A DNA stretch of 63,776 nucleotides, counting the filler, from Candidatus Ancaeobacter aquaticus (GTDB lineage Bacteria > Auribacterota > Ancaeobacteria > Ancaeobacterales > Ancaeobacteraceae): assembly GCA_030765405.1 (NCBI GenBank). It is 5 parts of 5 records of this genome, joined end to end, with 100 filler letters (N's around TTAATTAATTAA, not from the genome) between each part and the next. Parts side by side here need not be neighbours in the genome. Positions count along the whole stretch, not along the records: positions 13,253 to 37,098 come from JAVCCP010000044.1; 4 more parts are not named here. One strand, written 5' to 3'. A program made the position numbers and the translations under genes. Positions 17,675-28,724 of this stretch are shown here, one piece after another. The notes beneath the pieces were generated by a model that saw nothing but the letters and a program-made list of their open reading frames with translations, ran no database searches and had not been told where the DNA came from. Each line of letters starts with the position of its first letter. Within the stretch, counting starts at the first letter, position 1.

Positions 17675-19147
17675 TTAGCTTTTATCTATACTATAAACTG
17701 TTCCATCAGGTTCATCTTGTAAAGATATGTTCCGAGTGCCCAGAGCATCTCTTATGATATCAGCCTTATCCCACACTCGATTTTTTCGGGCATAATTTCT
17801 CATTTTGATAAGATCTCTTACATCACTTTCAGATAGTTCTTTTTTTGCGAGAACTTCGTCAAGACTATCAACTGATTTCTCCTCATCTTTCAGTACCTTT
17901 AGTATCTCAACCACATGGTACGTTACCCCTAAAATAGTGAGCATTAAGACAAGGTCACTATACCCTGTGCGCAACATCGATTGATCGCCCGATCCTGACA
18001 TAATCTTATTCAATTCATGCCTCAGATCAAAAACGACTGCTATTGCCCGTGCAGTATTAAAATCATCATCCATTGCTTCTTCAAATTGGTTTATCCATGT
18101 GCTTTTTTCAGTACTCTCTACATTTATGACTGTATCTTTTTCAATGATTTCAACAATACGTGCAATACAATTTTCAATTCGTTCAATATTTTTTTGCGCT
18201 TCACGCAGTTCTTCGTCACAAAAATCTATCGGACTTCTATAGTGCTTGGTCATAAGAAAGAAACGCACGACATTACCGCTATACTCCTTAAAAATATCTT
18301 TTAATGCAAAGAAATTACCCAGTGATTTTGACATCTTTTCTTTATTAACGGTAACAAACCCGTTATGAACCCAATAACGAACAAATTGCTCACCTGAAAT
18401 CGCTTCGGCTTGAGCAATCTCATTTTCATGATGCGGAAAGATAAGGTCTTGCCCGCCGCCATGTATATCAAATGCTGTTCCCAAATATTTTGTCGACATT
18501 ACAGAACATTCTATATGCCATCCCGGTCGGCCTTTTCCCCACGGTGATTCCCATGAAGGCTCATCTTCTTTGGCTTTCTTCCATAAGGCAAAATCCATTG
18601 GTGATCTTTTGTTTTTATTAATTTCGACACGCGCTCCGGCAAGCATATCCTCCAGGGTTCTTTTTGAAAGCTTGCCATAAGAAGGTAATTTCCCAACTTC
18701 AAAATAAACGTCTCCATCTACGGTATACGCAAAACCTTTATCTATAAGTGTCGTAACCGCATGAACAATGTCCGCTATATGCTCTGTCGCTTTTGGCTCT
18801 CTGGTTGGTTCCAATACGTTAAGTTCCTGCATATGCTTCTTGAAAGAATCATAGTACTTACCGGTGACATTCTTTACCTCTTGCGAGAGATCGGATACAT
18901 CGGCTTTTTGTGCTTTTTGTATTATCTTATCGTCAATATCGGTGACATTTCTCACATAGGTCACTTGATATCCCTTATACTCCAGATATCGTTTCACAAT
19001 ATCAAAGGTAATATAGCACCGTGCGTGCCCGAGATGACATTCATCATAGACTGTTACTCCGCATACATACATACGGACCTTTTTTTCCTCACGAGGCACA
19101 AAAGGTTCTTTATGAGAACTCATCGTATTAAATACGTTCAACGTCAT
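17675..19147 (-). CDS. cysS: Cysteine--tRNA ligase (start adjusted to MTLNVFNT)
   Basis: MYVCGVTVYD..HLGH, GRPGWHIECS, HGGGQDL.FPHHENE, KMSKS. Confidence 0.97.
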   Translation of the reverse strand: MTLNVFNTMSSHKEPFVPREEKKVRMYVCGVTVYDECHLGHARCYITFDIVKRYLEYKGYQVTYVRNVTDIDDKIIQKAQKADVSDLSQEVKNVTGKYYDSFKKHMQELNVLEPTREPKATEHIADIVHAVTTLIDKGFAYTVDGDVYFEVGKLPSYGKLSKRTLEDMLAGARVEINKNKRSPMDFALWKKAKEDEPSWESPWGKGRPGWHIECSVMSTKYLGTAFDIHGGGQDLIFPHHENEIAQAEAISGEQFVRYWVHNGFVTVNKEKMSKSLGNFFALKDIFKEYSGNVVRFFLMTKHYRSPIDFCDEELREAQKNIERIENCIARIVEIIEKDTVINVESTEKSTWINQFEEAMDDDFNTARAIAVVFDLRHELNKIMSGSGDQSMLRTGYSDLVLMLTILGVTYHVVEILKVLKDEEKSVDSLDEVLAKKELSESDVRDLIKMRNYARKNRVWDKADIIRDALGTRNISLQDEPDGTVYSIDKS

Positions 19148-19158
19148 AGTACTATCCT

Positions 19159-20625
19159 CTATTGTATCTGTTCTAATATATTCCCGACCCGAGCACAACA
19201 CCGGATTTTACCTAAAATATTAATAACATCAATAAGTTCAGGCCCATGCGCACTTCCTGTAATAGCGATCCTGAGTGGCATATAAAATTGTTTTCCTTTA
19301 AGACCGGTTTTTTTCATCACCGCACTGAAATACGCTTTCCAATCATAGTCAACCCCACACTCTTCTGAACCAAGGCCGCTAATAAATTCCTGAAAGAGAA
19401 TCGCACTGTCTTTCACTATTTCTTTTTCTTCCGGACCTAAAACAATCGTATCGTTAAGAATTTTTTCAACATGCTCACTCACCTCAGAAAGACAACGTAA
19501 ATACGGCAGGACCAACTGCACGATCTTTGTTATTTCTTCCATTTGACATTCGTCAACATTCTCCTTAATGAGACCGGCACGTGCCAGATAGGGCATTGCA
19601 AGATCAGTTATTCTTCCGCAATCAGTATTGCGCAGATAATTTGCATTTACCCAGTTCAACTTTGTATAATCAAAAATAGAAGCCGATTTATTTACACACT
19701 CAAGCGAAAATTCATCAACCATTTCGTCTATTCCCATAATCTCTTTATTGTCCTTAGGTGCCCACCCGAGGAGCGCCAGATAATTCTTTAACGCTTCAGG
19801 TAAATATCCTAATTCCCTAAACTCACTCACTGAAGTAACCCCATGTCTTTTAGAAAGCCGCTGGCCGTCAGGACCCATTATCATAGGCATATGCGCAAAT
19901 AATGGTAACGGATATCCTAGAGCTTCAAATAAAAGCACATGTTTAGGGGTGTTTGAGAGATGATCTTCTCCCCGTATTACATGTGATATTTTCATCAGTC
20001 CATCGTCAATACATACCGCGAAATGAAACGTCGGGATCCCCCCAGATTTCATAATGACAAAATCACCCATTATACTGGTATCAAATTCAACCGTCCCACG
20101 GATAATATCGTCTACACGGACAATTCTTTCGGGCACTTTAAAGCGCCACGAGGGTTTTATTCCTAAATCGGTTTTTTCCTGAATATCTTTTTCGGTAAGG
20201 TCCCGACATCTATTATCATACTTTGGCGCTGTACCATTTTTCATTGCTTCCTTGCGACGGAAATCTAGCTCATCCGGCTGACAGAAACAGGGGTAAATAT
20301 GCCCTTTAGATTTGAGTGTTTCGAAATGCGTGGTATAAAGCTGTGATCGCATAGACTGCGTATACGGTCCGTACTCTCCCCCGATATCAGGCCCTTCATT
20401 CCACGGTAATTGCAACCAGTTCAGATCTTCAAGCATTGCTTGTGTGTACTCTTCTTTTGAACGCTCCCGGTCAGTATCTTCAATACGTACAATGAATGTA
20501 CCATTATGCTTTTTTGCAAAAAACCAATTAAAGAGAGCCGTTCGCGCATTACCGATATGCATGTATCCTGTCGGTGACGGAGCAAAACGTACTCGAACAC
20601 CTGTATCACCACACTGTTTATTCAT
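19159..20625 (-). CDS. gltX: Glutamate--tRNA ligase
   Basis: VRFAPSPTGYMHIG, RIEDTD, RGEDH, LSKR. Confidence 0.96.
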   Translation of the reverse strand: MNKQCGDTGVRVRFAPSPTGYMHIGNARTALFNWFFAKKHNGTFIVRIEDTDRERSKEEYTQAMLEDLNWLQLPWNEGPDIGGEYGPYTQSMRSQLYTTHFETLKSKGHIYPCFCQPDELDFRRKEAMKNGTAPKYDNRCRDLTEKDIQEKTDLGIKPSWRFKVPERIVRVDDIIRGTVEFDTSIMGDFVIMKSGGIPTFHFAVCIDDGLMKISHVIRGEDHLSNTPKHVLLFEALGYPLPLFAHMPMIMGPDGQRLSKRHGVTSVSEFRELGYLPEALKNYLALLGWAPKDNKEIMGIDEMVDEFSLECVNKSASIFDYTKLNWVNANYLRNTDCGRITDLAMPYLARAGLIKENVDECQMEEITKIVQLVLPYLRCLSEVSEHVEKILNDTIVLGPEEKEIVKDSAILFQEFISGLGSEECGVDYDWKAYFSAVMKKTGLKGKQFYMPLRIAITGSAHGPELIDVINILGKIRCCARVGNILEQIQ

Positions 20626-20663
20626 ATACTGTTCCTTCTATGATTGTTCTCATAATTAATACT

Positions 20664-21137
20664 CTACTCAGACACTATACTAACAATAGCGTGAGCTGCA
20701 ATACCTTTTTTTTCGCCAGTAAACCCTAAACCTTCAGTGGTTGTTGCTTTAATATTGACACTGCTAGGATCAACATCTAAAGCGCGGGCAATATTCTGCT
20801 TCATGTTATCTGCATGCGGCATTATCTTTGGTTCAGCGGCAATAACAATAGTATCGATATTCACTACTTTATATTTTCTTTCATGCAATAGCTCACGAAT
20901 TTTTTCAAGAAAAAACACACTTGAAATATCCTTATACTGCATATCGGTATCAGGAAAATGTTGCCCGATATCACCAGCCCCCAAAGCGCCTAAAAGTGCA
21001 TCGCACAGGGCATGTATGAGAACATCACTGTCTGAATGACCAAGAAGACCTTTGTCATGAGGTAGTTCAACACCGCCAAGCACCAATCTACGCCCTTCAA
21101 CTAATGCATGTGCATCATATCCAATACCAACTCTCAT
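20664..21137 (-). CDS. ispF: MECDP synthase (start adjusted to MRVGIGYDAH)
   Basis: GYDAH, GHSDSDV, KATTTEGLGF. Confidence 0.96.
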   Translation of the reverse strand: MRVGIGYDAHALVEGRRLVLGGVELPHDKGLLGHSDSDVLIHALCDALLGALGAGDIGQHFPDTDMQYKDISSVFFLEKIRELLHERKYKVVNIDTIVIAAEPKIMPHADNMKQNIARALDVDPSSVNIKATTTEGLGFTGEKKGIAAHAIVSIVSE

Positions 21138-21862
21138 GATTGCCTCCTCTTGCACCCGGAATTTTTGTCTAAAAACATTAGCTTTGCTAATTTCAAATCC
21201 CCTGCTGTCGTTATTTTCATATTGCACGAGTCATGCAAAACCATTTTTACCGTACTCCCATAGTTCTCATACAAAAACGAATCATCTGTCGCACATAACT
21301 TCTGAGTTTTTGCTTTTTTATACATTTCACAAAGCGTAGGATAGGAGAACACTTGTGGTGTCTGCGCATGGCAAATAATTGTCCTATTAATTGTCTTCTC
21401 GACAATATCTCTACTATCAACTCTTTTCAAAGTATCGTATGCTCTCACACCCACAACTGCCCCACCGTACTTTCTCGCTGACTTTACCGCCTTTGTCACG
21501 AGTGACGGCACAGTGAACGGACGAGCACAATCGTGAATAACCACAAGTTCGGTGTCCGGTGGCGCGCTACATAAACCATTGTATACTGAATCCTGTCTGG
21601 TAGCACCTCCCGCTACTATAGCACTCACCTTATGCATACCGTACTTTTTCATAAGTATTTTACACTTTTTTATTTTTTCTGGATGCACACTGAGAATCAC
21701 CGCATCTATAGACTGCAGATGATTAAAGATACCTACCGTACGCACAATCAAAGGAACGCCATTGATACGTACATATGGTTTATCTTCTGTACTCTTAAGC
21801 CGAGATCCAGTACCACCCGCGGCAATTATGCATACTGTTTTTTTTGTTTGTGTTACACCCAT
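21134..21862 (-). CDS. ispD: MEP cytidylyltransferase
   Basis: AAGGTGSR, GGATRQDSV, IHDCARP, QTPQ, KITT. Confidence 0.95.
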   Translation of the reverse strand: MGVTQTKKTVCIIAAGGTGSRLKSTEDKPYVRINGVPLIVRTVGIFNHLQSIDAVILSVHPEKIKKCKILMKKYGMHKVSAIVAGGATRQDSVYNGLCSAPPDTELVVIHDCARPFTVPSLVTKAVKSARKYGGAVVGVRAYDTLKRVDSRDIVEKTINRTIICHAQTPQVFSYPTLCEMYKKAKTQKLCATDDSFLYENYGSTVKMVLHDSCNMKITTAGDLKLAKLMFLDKNSGCKRRQS

Positions 21863-23259
21863 TATCTTTTGCTTTCCACAGACCTTACCGCTGCATCAAT
21901 TGCATCTTTGACCGTACGGGCGCCATACATATCAATATCTTTTAGGTCGAGACTACCGGTGCATTTTTTTACATCATTTTCAGGAACAATAAATTTCCTA
22001 AAACCCAGTTTTATCCCTTCTTTAACTCTCATCGTTACATGACTCACTGATCGCAATTCTCCACCCAATCCAACCTCACCAATTGCAATAAGATTTTGAT
22101 CAATATTAACATCCTTAAAGCTAGAATACAGGGCAAGAACCATCCCCAGATCAATAGCAGGCTCAAATACTTTTGCGCCACCCACAGCATTAATAAATAC
22201 GTCCCGTGTCGAAAGACCAAGGCCAACTCTTTTCTCGAGAACAGCAAGGAGAAGCATCATTCTATTATAATCAACGCCAAGTGCTTTTCTGTTAGGGGTG
22301 CCATAGGCAGTAGGAGTCACCAGCGCTTGCAGCTCAACCAAGATCGGCCGTGTCCCCTCAACAGATGTGACAACAACTGATCCCGATATATTCTCACGCC
22401 GCTCAGCCAAAAATATTTCAGAAGGATTGCTCACTTCTTGCAGTCCCTCGCTATCCATGCGAAACACTCCTATTTCATCTGTCGGACCAAATCGATTTTT
22501 CACTGCACGCAACACTCTATACGCATGATACCGGTCGCCTTCAAAATATAACACGGTATCAACCATATGCTCTAATACCTTCGGCCCGGCTATCGCGCCT
22601 TCTTTCGTTATATGGCCAATAAGAAATACCGCACGCGACGTATCTTTTGCTATTCGCATAAAATTGTTCGCGATTTCACGCACTTGCGCAACGCTTCCAG
22701 GGGCTGATTCAAGTGTTTCAGAATACATTATTTGAATAGAATCGACTATAATCACATGGGGATCAAGCTCAGCAATGCTGTTTGTAACAACTTCAAGATT
22801 TGTTTCAGATATTACATATATGTTCTGGGCTTTTACACCTAAACGCTGAGCACGCATTTGTGTCTGCGCTACAGATTCTTCACCACTAATATAGAGTATT
22901 CTTTGATTATTGTTACCGAGCTGTTCGCATACTTGTAAAAGCAAAGTTGATTTACCAATACCCGGTTCACCGCCTAAAAGGACAAGTGACCCATCTACGA
23001 TACCACCGCCGAGCACTCTATCAAACTCACCAATGTTTGTCCGGATACGTTCCCCTATAGGAGCAATTACTGAGTTAAGCATTACCGGTTTTTTGTCTAT
23101 TACGGACGCTCGCGAGACGGAAGTTTTACTGTTACTTCCGGAAACAACATCTTCGACAAATACGTCCCACTGGTCGCAAGACGGGCATTTTCCTAACCAC
23201 TGCGATTGCGTATAGCCACATTCACGGCACACATAGACAGATTTTAATTTTGGGGGCAT
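21862..23259 (-). CDS. radA: DNA repair protein RadA/Sms
   Basis: N-terminal CxxC...CxxC, GGEPGIGKST, KNRFG. Confidence 0.97.
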   Translation of the reverse strand: MPPKLKSVYVCRECGYTQSQWLGKCPSCDQWDVFVEDVVSGSNSKTSVSRASVIDKKPVMLNSVIAPIGERIRTNIGEFDRVLGGGIVDGSLVLLGGEPGIGKSTLLLQVCEQLGNNNQRILYISGEESVAQTQMRAQRLGVKAQNIYVISETNLEVVTNSIAELDPHVIIVDSIQIMYSETLESAPGSVAQVREIANNFMRIAKDTSRAVFLIGHITKEGAIAGPKVLEHMVDTVLYFEGDRYHAYRVLRAVKNRFGPTDEIGVFRMDSEGLQEVSNPSEIFLAERRENISGSVVVTSVEGTRPILVELQALVTPTAYGTPNRKALGVDYNRMMLLLAVLEKRVGLGLSTRDVFINAVGGAKVFEPAIDLGMVLALYSSFKDVNIDQNLIAIGEVGLGGELRSVSHVTMRVKEGIKLGFRKFIVPENDVKKCTGSLDLKDIDMYGARTVKDAIDAAVRSVESKR

Positions 23260-23317
23260 TTATCAACCTCATATGTACACATTTAGGACAGATATGTATT
23301 TGATAGTAAAGAATGTA

Positions 23318-24262
23318 TCAGAAAATCCCGAACACTTTTTGTTGCTGCTGTTTGTTTGTGGAGGGTTTTTTTTCTTTTCCTCGGATAAATAATTTCCATG
23401 GATTCGCTTTAATATCCTTGATAAAATCTTTTATATCTTTACCGATCTCATCGTCTTTTATTAATTGTCCTACTGTGCCTTCTCCTTTTTCAATATTATT
23501 AACAACATTCTTAAATGAGTTTATCGCATCTGAAAAATCTTTTCCGAATGTCTTAAAGAATTCTTCATTTGCATCGACTATACCCTCTATTTTCATAGTC
23601 ACTCTATTTGCGTTCTCACTGAATTCCCTAAAGTTCTTTATCGCACGTTCAATGTTCTCCTTATTTGGAGAACCGGTAATAGTTTCGACATTATCTAGTA
23701 TTGCTTTCACTGATTCTTGTGTTTCCTCATTTGTTATATTCTCAATATTTGTCACTGCCTGTTTTACTTTTTCCTGCATCTTTTCATTATTCCAGTCAGC
23801 GATAACATCATCGACCTTTTGCGCAATATCGCGACCTTCTTGCATAATCTCTGACATGGCAACCGGATCCACTCCTCTTATGACATCCCCATCAGAAAGA
23901 ACGGGCGACGTAATGCTTTGCGGTAAGAATTCAACATATTTTTCACCCATAATTCCAAGTGAATTGATCACAACAAGCGCATCTTTTCGTATAACAGTCC
24001 CAGACTTAAGACTGCACACAACATCAACGCCAAACTCTTTCTTTTCAGAAAAGCGGAGTTCCTGCACTTTTCCAACTTCAACACCGGCACAGCGTACCGG
24101 AGCACCGACAACAACACCGTTGGTAAACTTAAATACTGAGATAAGCTCATAATGTTTTTCTGTATAACTGTAATTTCCGAATTTTACAACCATTATGCTC
24201 AGGAGTATAAGACCAATCATAACAAATATACCAACGGTAAAATCAGTGGTTCTTTCCTTCAT
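23318..24262 (-). CDS. mlaD: MCE/MlaD-family substrate-binding protein
   Basis: N-terminal TM, GAPVRCAGVEVGKV, SLGIMGEKYVE, helical extension. Confidence 0.88.
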   Translation of the reverse strand: MKERTTDFTVGIFVMIGLILLSIMVVKFGNYSYTEKHYELISVFKFTNGVVVGAPVRCAGVEVGKVQELRFSEKKEFGVDVVCSLKSGTVIRKDALVVINSLGIMGEKYVEFLPQSITSPVLSDGDVIRGVDPVAMSEIMQEGRDIAQKVDDVIADWNNEKMQEKVKQAVTNIENITNEETQESVKAILDNVETITGSPNKENIERAIKNFREFSENANRVTMKIEGIVDANEEFFKTFGKDFSDAINSFKNVVNNIEKGEGTVGQLIKDDEIGKDIKDFIKDIKANPWKLFIRGKEKKPSTNKQQQQKVFGIF

Positions 24263-24325
24263 ACAGGTACCTTTCCTTTAATGTCTTTACTATAATGGAT
24301 TTACACCATAATGGCAACTAATGAG

Positions 24326-25078
24326 TTAATCATTAAGCACTTTAATTGGGCCAACCGCACTACCGGAAATAAACTGTTTCACATAAGGATTTTTTGAATT
24401 TTTAATCTCTTCAGGAGTCCCTACTTCTATAATTGTCCCGTCATACAACATCGCAATCCTATCCGCTATCTTGTATGCACTTGTCATATCGTGTGTTACT
24501 GCACAACTCGTTACAGACAGCGTATCATGAAGTTTCAATACAAGGTCATTTATAATATCCCCCATAATAGGGTCAATACCCGTTGTCGGCTCATCATATA
24601 ATATTGTTTGCGGCCCCATTGCAATAGCACGGGCAAGACCAACGCGTTTACGCATTCCCCCTGATAATTCAGCCGGTTTCTTGTCTTCAATATCCTCTAA
24701 TCCAACCAATGCTAACTGCATTTTTATTCGCTGCGCAATTTCAGAATCGCTCATTGACGTATGTTCATACAACCCGAAACCAACATTCTCACTTACCGTC
24801 ATAGAATCAAAAAGTGCTGCACCCTGAAAAAGCATACCGAACTTTTTTCGCATTTTATACATCTCATTAATGCTTGCCTGAGCAATATCAGCCCCGTCTA
24901 TAATAACCTTACCCGAATCAGGTTTTAAAAGTCCGATAATATGTTTTAATAATACTGACTTACCACAGCCGCTTCTCCCAATAATGACCATAGTCTCACC
25001 AGTCTCGATGGTAAGGTTAACGCCTTTCAGGACTGAATTTCCATTAAAATGTTTGTGCAGATCAATAATTTCAATCAT
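24326..25078 (-). CDS. mlaF: MlaF-family ABC ATPase
   Basis: GRSGCGKS, LFQGAALFDSM, LSGGMRKRVGLARA. Confidence 0.93.
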   Translation of the reverse strand: MIEIIDLHKHFNGNSVLKGVNLTIETGETMVIIGRSGCGKSVLLKHIIGLLKPDSGKVIIDGADIAQASINEMYKMRKKFGMLFQGAALFDSMTVSENVGFGLYEHTSMSDSEIAQRIKMQLALVGLEDIEDKKPAELSGGMRKRVGLARAIAMGPQTILYDEPTTGIDPIMGDIINDLVLKLHDTLSVTSCAVTHDMTSAYKIADRIAMLYDGTIIEVGTPEEIKNSKNPYVKQFISGSAVGPIKVLND

Positions 25079-25097
25079 TTCTAAAAACCTTCATTTA

Positions 25098-25252
25098 AAG
25101 CTATAAGCTGTAAGCTATATGCTATAAGACTTATTCTAAAAGATATTAAATCGACATTATGGATTTTTCTATTTATATTTTTTTGATTATTGGTTTTTTG
25201 CTTAAAACTTAAAGCTTACAGCTTATAGCTTAAAACTTATAGCTTATAGCTT
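25098..25252. repeat. Inverted pair of heptamer tandem arrays (AAGCTAT)n ... (ATAGCTT)n
   Basis: About 5 units at 25098-25132 and 7 units at 25204-25252; the second array abuts the mlaE stop. Confidence 0.85.
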
Positions 25253-26023
25253 TTAAAAAAGTATCATCGATAAAAAGAAATCAACTATTAATATTGTAAT
25301 AGCAGATGATACAACTGCTTTTGTTGCGGCATTACCAACGCCTTCTGCTCCACCTCGCGCATTAAACCCTTCATAACAGCTTACAATCGCTATAATAATA
25401 GCAAATACAACCGTTTTAATAAGGCCGCTAAACAAATCTTCGGGTGTCGTATAATCCAGCATATTCCTAATAAAGAATGTCGCATTTATTCCTTTAAGTT
25501 CAACACCTACAATGTACCCTCCAACAATACCAACAAAAACAGAAAATACAGTTAAAATGGGAACAAGTGCAACTGCTGCAATAAAGCGCGGGGCAATTAA
25601 ATATTTTATAGGATCAACCGCTAGTGTTTTTAACGCATCAATTTGCTCGGTAACTTTCATCGTGCCGAGTTCCGCAGCCATAGCCGCACCAACTCGACCG
25701 GCGATCATGATTGCTGTGAGTACAGGGCCCAACTCGTTTGTCATGGATAATCCGACAATAATACCAACCGCGGATTCCATGGTGATCTTATGAAATTGAT
25801 AGTAGGTCTGAACAGCGAGAACCATACCGGTGAACGCACCGGTTATTAGGACTACAGGAAGGCTCAACACGCCTATTTCATACATCTGCTTAAAAATCAT
25901 TGATCGGCGAGGAGGATCAACAACAACATAATGGAGCGTTCTAAAAAACATGTTGGTAAGACTACCAACCCGAATTACCCAGTTTAAAAGACCCTGTCTT
26001 ACAGCTTCGAGTTTATGTTTCAT
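25253..26023 (-). CDS. mlaE: MlaE-family ABC permease
   Basis: ELGPVLTAIMIAGRVGAAMAAELGTMKVTEQIDAL. Confidence 0.94.
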   Translation of the reverse strand: MKHKLEAVRQGLLNWVIRVGSLTNMFFRTLHYVVVDPPRRSMIFKQMYEIGVLSLPVVLITGAFTGMVLAVQTYYQFHKITMESAVGIIVGLSMTNELGPVLTAIMIAGRVGAAMAAELGTMKVTEQIDALKTLAVDPIKYLIAPRFIAAVALVPILTVFSVFVGIVGGYIVGVELKGINATFFIRNMLDYTTPEDLFSGLIKTVVFAIIIAIVSCYEGFNARGGAEGVGNAATKAVVSSAITILIVDFFLSMILF

Positions 26024-26115
26024 ATATGAGCATTATTCATTTTGCTGACACATTAAAATAACAATAAAAACGCTGCAGTTACAATTTATCAGTACACTTG
26101 GCGCATTGCTTTTTT

Positions 26116-28569
26116 TTATTTAAACACGATAGAATCGTTTTCAAGCATTGATTTAATACTAACTTTATCTTTTTCCTTATGATTCTTTTTGAGCAAATAT
26201 TCAGCAAGAGGATCCTCAACATATCGCTGTATAGCTCGTTTTATTGGACGAGCGCCAAATTTAGGATCATAACCTTTTTCAACAATATATTCTTTTGATT
26301 TCTTGTCGATAACCAATTTTATACTTTGTTTTTCAAGACGGTCATAAATTCGTTGCAGTTCAATATCAACAATTTTGATCAGATCAACTTTATTAAGTGT
26401 TCGAAAAACAATGCTTTCATCAACTCTGTTCAAAAATTCCGGTTTAAACGCTTTCTTTGCTTCACCAAGAATTTTATCTTTCAACGCATCAAACGTACCC
26501 TCTTCATTTTGCGCGGCAAAACCTACGGTAGCTTGTTTTTTTAAGAGCTCTGCGCCAATATTTGTGGTAAGAATAACGATCGTATTACGGAAATCAACTT
26601 TTCTTCCTAAATTGTCTGTAAGTTTTCCTTCTTCTAAAACTTGGAGAAGAAGGTTCATAACATCAGGATGCGCTTTATCCACCTCATCAAAGAGCACAAC
26701 AGAGTACGGCTTACGACGAATTTGTTCTGTAAGCTGTCCGCCCTCTTCAAATCCGACATATCCCGGAGGTGACCCGGTAAGACGTGATACAGCAAACTTC
26801 TCCATGTATTCTGACATATCTATTTGGATGAGGGCATCTTCATTACCAAACATGAATTCGGCTAGCGCACGCGCAACAAGCGTCTTTCCAACACCGGTTG
26901 GTCCCAAGAAAATGAATGATCCTATAGGCCTTTTAGGATCTTTTAGGTCCGCACGGGACCGTCTCAAAGCCTTTGATATAGCCGTAACCGGAGCATCTTG
27001 CCCCACTACTCTTTTATGTATTTCCTCTTCCATACGAAGCAGTTTCTCAGTTTCTCCTTCACCAAGCCGTGTCAAAGGAATACCGGTCCATTTTGATATT
27101 ATATGGGCGATATCTTCCGCAGTTACCACCACTTCCTTATCCATACCTTTATCTTTCCATCTAGATATCAAAGTATCAAGCTTCTTTCTGAGCTCTCTTT
27201 CCTTATCTCTCATGGCAGCAGCTTTTTCATAATCCTGCTCGGCAATTGACTTTTCTTTTTCTTTACGTGCATCTTCAATATCACCCTCCATGATCTTTAT
27301 TTCTGGAGGACGAGTCATGACGGATATGCGAGCTTTTGCACCAGCTTCATCCATAAGATCTATCGCCTTATCGGGAAGAAATCGTCCCGTAATATACCTG
27401 TCGGACAGTTTCGCAGCAGCAGCAACAGCCTCATCAGTTATACATGCTTTATGATGGTCCTGGTACTTGTCTCTTAACCCCATTAAAATCTGAACAGTCT
27501 GATCAACTGATGGCGGTTCAACCATGATCATTTGGAATCTTCTTTCAAGTGCTGCATCTTTTTCGATAAACTTCCGGTACTCATTTACAGTCGTTGCGCC
27601 AACACACTGCAATTCGCCACGTGATAAAGCTGGTTTCAATATGTTTGACGCGTCAATTGCCCCTTCTGCCGCACCAGCGCCAACAAGGGTATGAAGCTCA
27701 TCAATGAAAAGAATAACATTTTTTGCTTTTCTAATTTCATCCATCACCGCTTTAATCCGTTCCTCAAACTGCCCTCGGTATTTTGTCCCTGCAACCATTA
27801 ACGCGAGGTCTAAAGTGATCATACGTTTATCACGCAATATTTCAGGTATATTACCGCTGACAATTTCCTGTGCCAGCCCTTCCACAATAGCTGTTTTACC
27901 AACACCTGCCTCACCGATCAATACCGGATTATTTTTTGTGCGTCGACAAAGCACTTGGATAACACGTTCAATCTCCTCATGCCGGCCAATAACAGGATCA
28001 AGCTTTTTGTCTTGAGCAAGTTCTGTTAGGTCACGGCCGAAAGCTTTCAGAGCGGGTGTTTCTGTCCCCTCTCTTCTTTCCGCACCTTCAGCGAGATTAT
28101 AGCCTTCCTCTCCCTGAGAACCCGGTGCCATACCTATCTCAAGTTCATTTAACACTTCCGCACGCACTTGCTCAATGTCAATATCAAGATTTTTTAATAT
28201 ACGGGCGGCAACACCTTCTCCTTCTCTTAAAAGACCCAACAAAAGATGTTCCGTGCCGACATAACTATGATTAAGGTTCTTTGCTTCTTCAATTGAAAGT
28301 TCAATTACTTTTTTAGCCCGTGAAGTAAGTGGAATATCACCTATTGTTTTTGTTTCCGGCCCGCTTCCAACGGCTTTTTCAACCTCAAGTCGGATCGTCT
28401 CAAAATCAAGTCCCATTTTTCTTAAAACATTTACTGCAACACCTTGTCCCAGCTTTATAATTCCCAAAAGCAAGTGTTCCGTACCTATATAATTATGATT
28501 AAATCTATCAGCTTCTTTACGGGCAATTATGATTACTTGCCGTGCTCTATTAGTAAATCTATCAAACAT
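26116..28569 (-). CDS. clpC: ATP-dependent Clp protease ATPase ClpC
   Basis: Clp_N repeats, two AAA+ modules ([16 protein letters not shown]), UVR domain; follows mcsAB. Confidence 0.96.
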   Translation of the reverse strand: MFDRFTNRARQVIIIARKEADRFNHNYIGTEHLLLGIIKLGQGVAVNVLRKMGLDFETIRLEVEKAVGSGPETKTIGDIPLTSRAKKVIELSIEEAKNLNHSYVGTEHLLLGLLREGEGVAARILKNLDIDIEQVRAEVLNELEIGMAPGSQGEEGYNLAEGAERREGTETPALKAFGRDLTELAQDKKLDPVIGRHEEIERVIQVLCRRTKNNPVLIGEAGVGKTAIVEGLAQEIVSGNIPEILRDKRMITLDLALMVAGTKYRGQFEERIKAVMDEIRKAKNVILFIDELHTLVGAGAAEGAIDASNILKPALSRGELQCVGATTVNEYRKFIEKDAALERRFQMIMVEPPSVDQTVQILMGLRDKYQDHHKACITDEAVAAAAKLSDRYITGRFLPDKAIDLMDEAGAKARISVMTRPPEIKIMEGDIEDARKEKEKSIAEQDYEKAAAMRDKERELRKKLDTLISRWKDKGMDKEVVVTAEDIAHIISKWTGIPLTRLGEGETEKLLRMEEEIHKRVVGQDAPVTAISKALRRSRADLKDPKRPIGSFIFLGPTGVGKTLVARALAEFMFGNEDALIQIDMSEYMEKFAVSRLTGSPPGYVGFEEGGQLTEQIRRKPYSVVLFDEVDKAHPDVMNLLLQVLEEGKLTDNLGRKVDFRNTIVILTTNIGAELLKKQATVGFAAQNEEGTFDALKDKILGEAKKAFKPEFLNRVDESIVFRTLNKVDLIKIVDIELQRIYDRLEKQSIKLVIDKKSKEYIVEKGYDPKFGARPIKRAIQRYVEDPLAEYLLKKNHKEKDKVSIKSMLENDSIVFK

Positions 28570-28679
28570 ATGTCATCTCCTTACGATTAAATTCCAAGAA
28601 TCAAATTATGATCGTTCATTGTTCACTGAAAAATATTTTTTTATTATACCTAGAATACAGCGTTTACTTTTTATGTTTT

Positions 28680-28710
28680 TCACTATACGCTACCCGCTAT
28701 GCGCTATCTT
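28680..28710. repeat. Degenerate heptamer array in the mcsB-clpC spacer
   Basis: Minus strand ATAGCGC ATAGCGG GTAGCGT ATAGTGA. Confidence 0.45.
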
Positions 28711-28724
28711 TTATCGATTCACGA

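Noticed and set aside
19148..21227. N-terminal extensions on the cysS and ispF ORF calls (likewise nikR, hdc, hdeD)
   Set aside because: Longest-ORF artefacts overlapping upstream genes; family-typical starts lie downstream.
23271..23293. Imperfect palindrome TGTAC-ACATTTA-GGACA upstream of radA as a second LexA box
   Set aside because: It shares the ACATTT core and a flanking CATATG with the lexA palindrome, but it is one base shorter in spacing and the half-sites differ. Not supportable without more SOS promoters.
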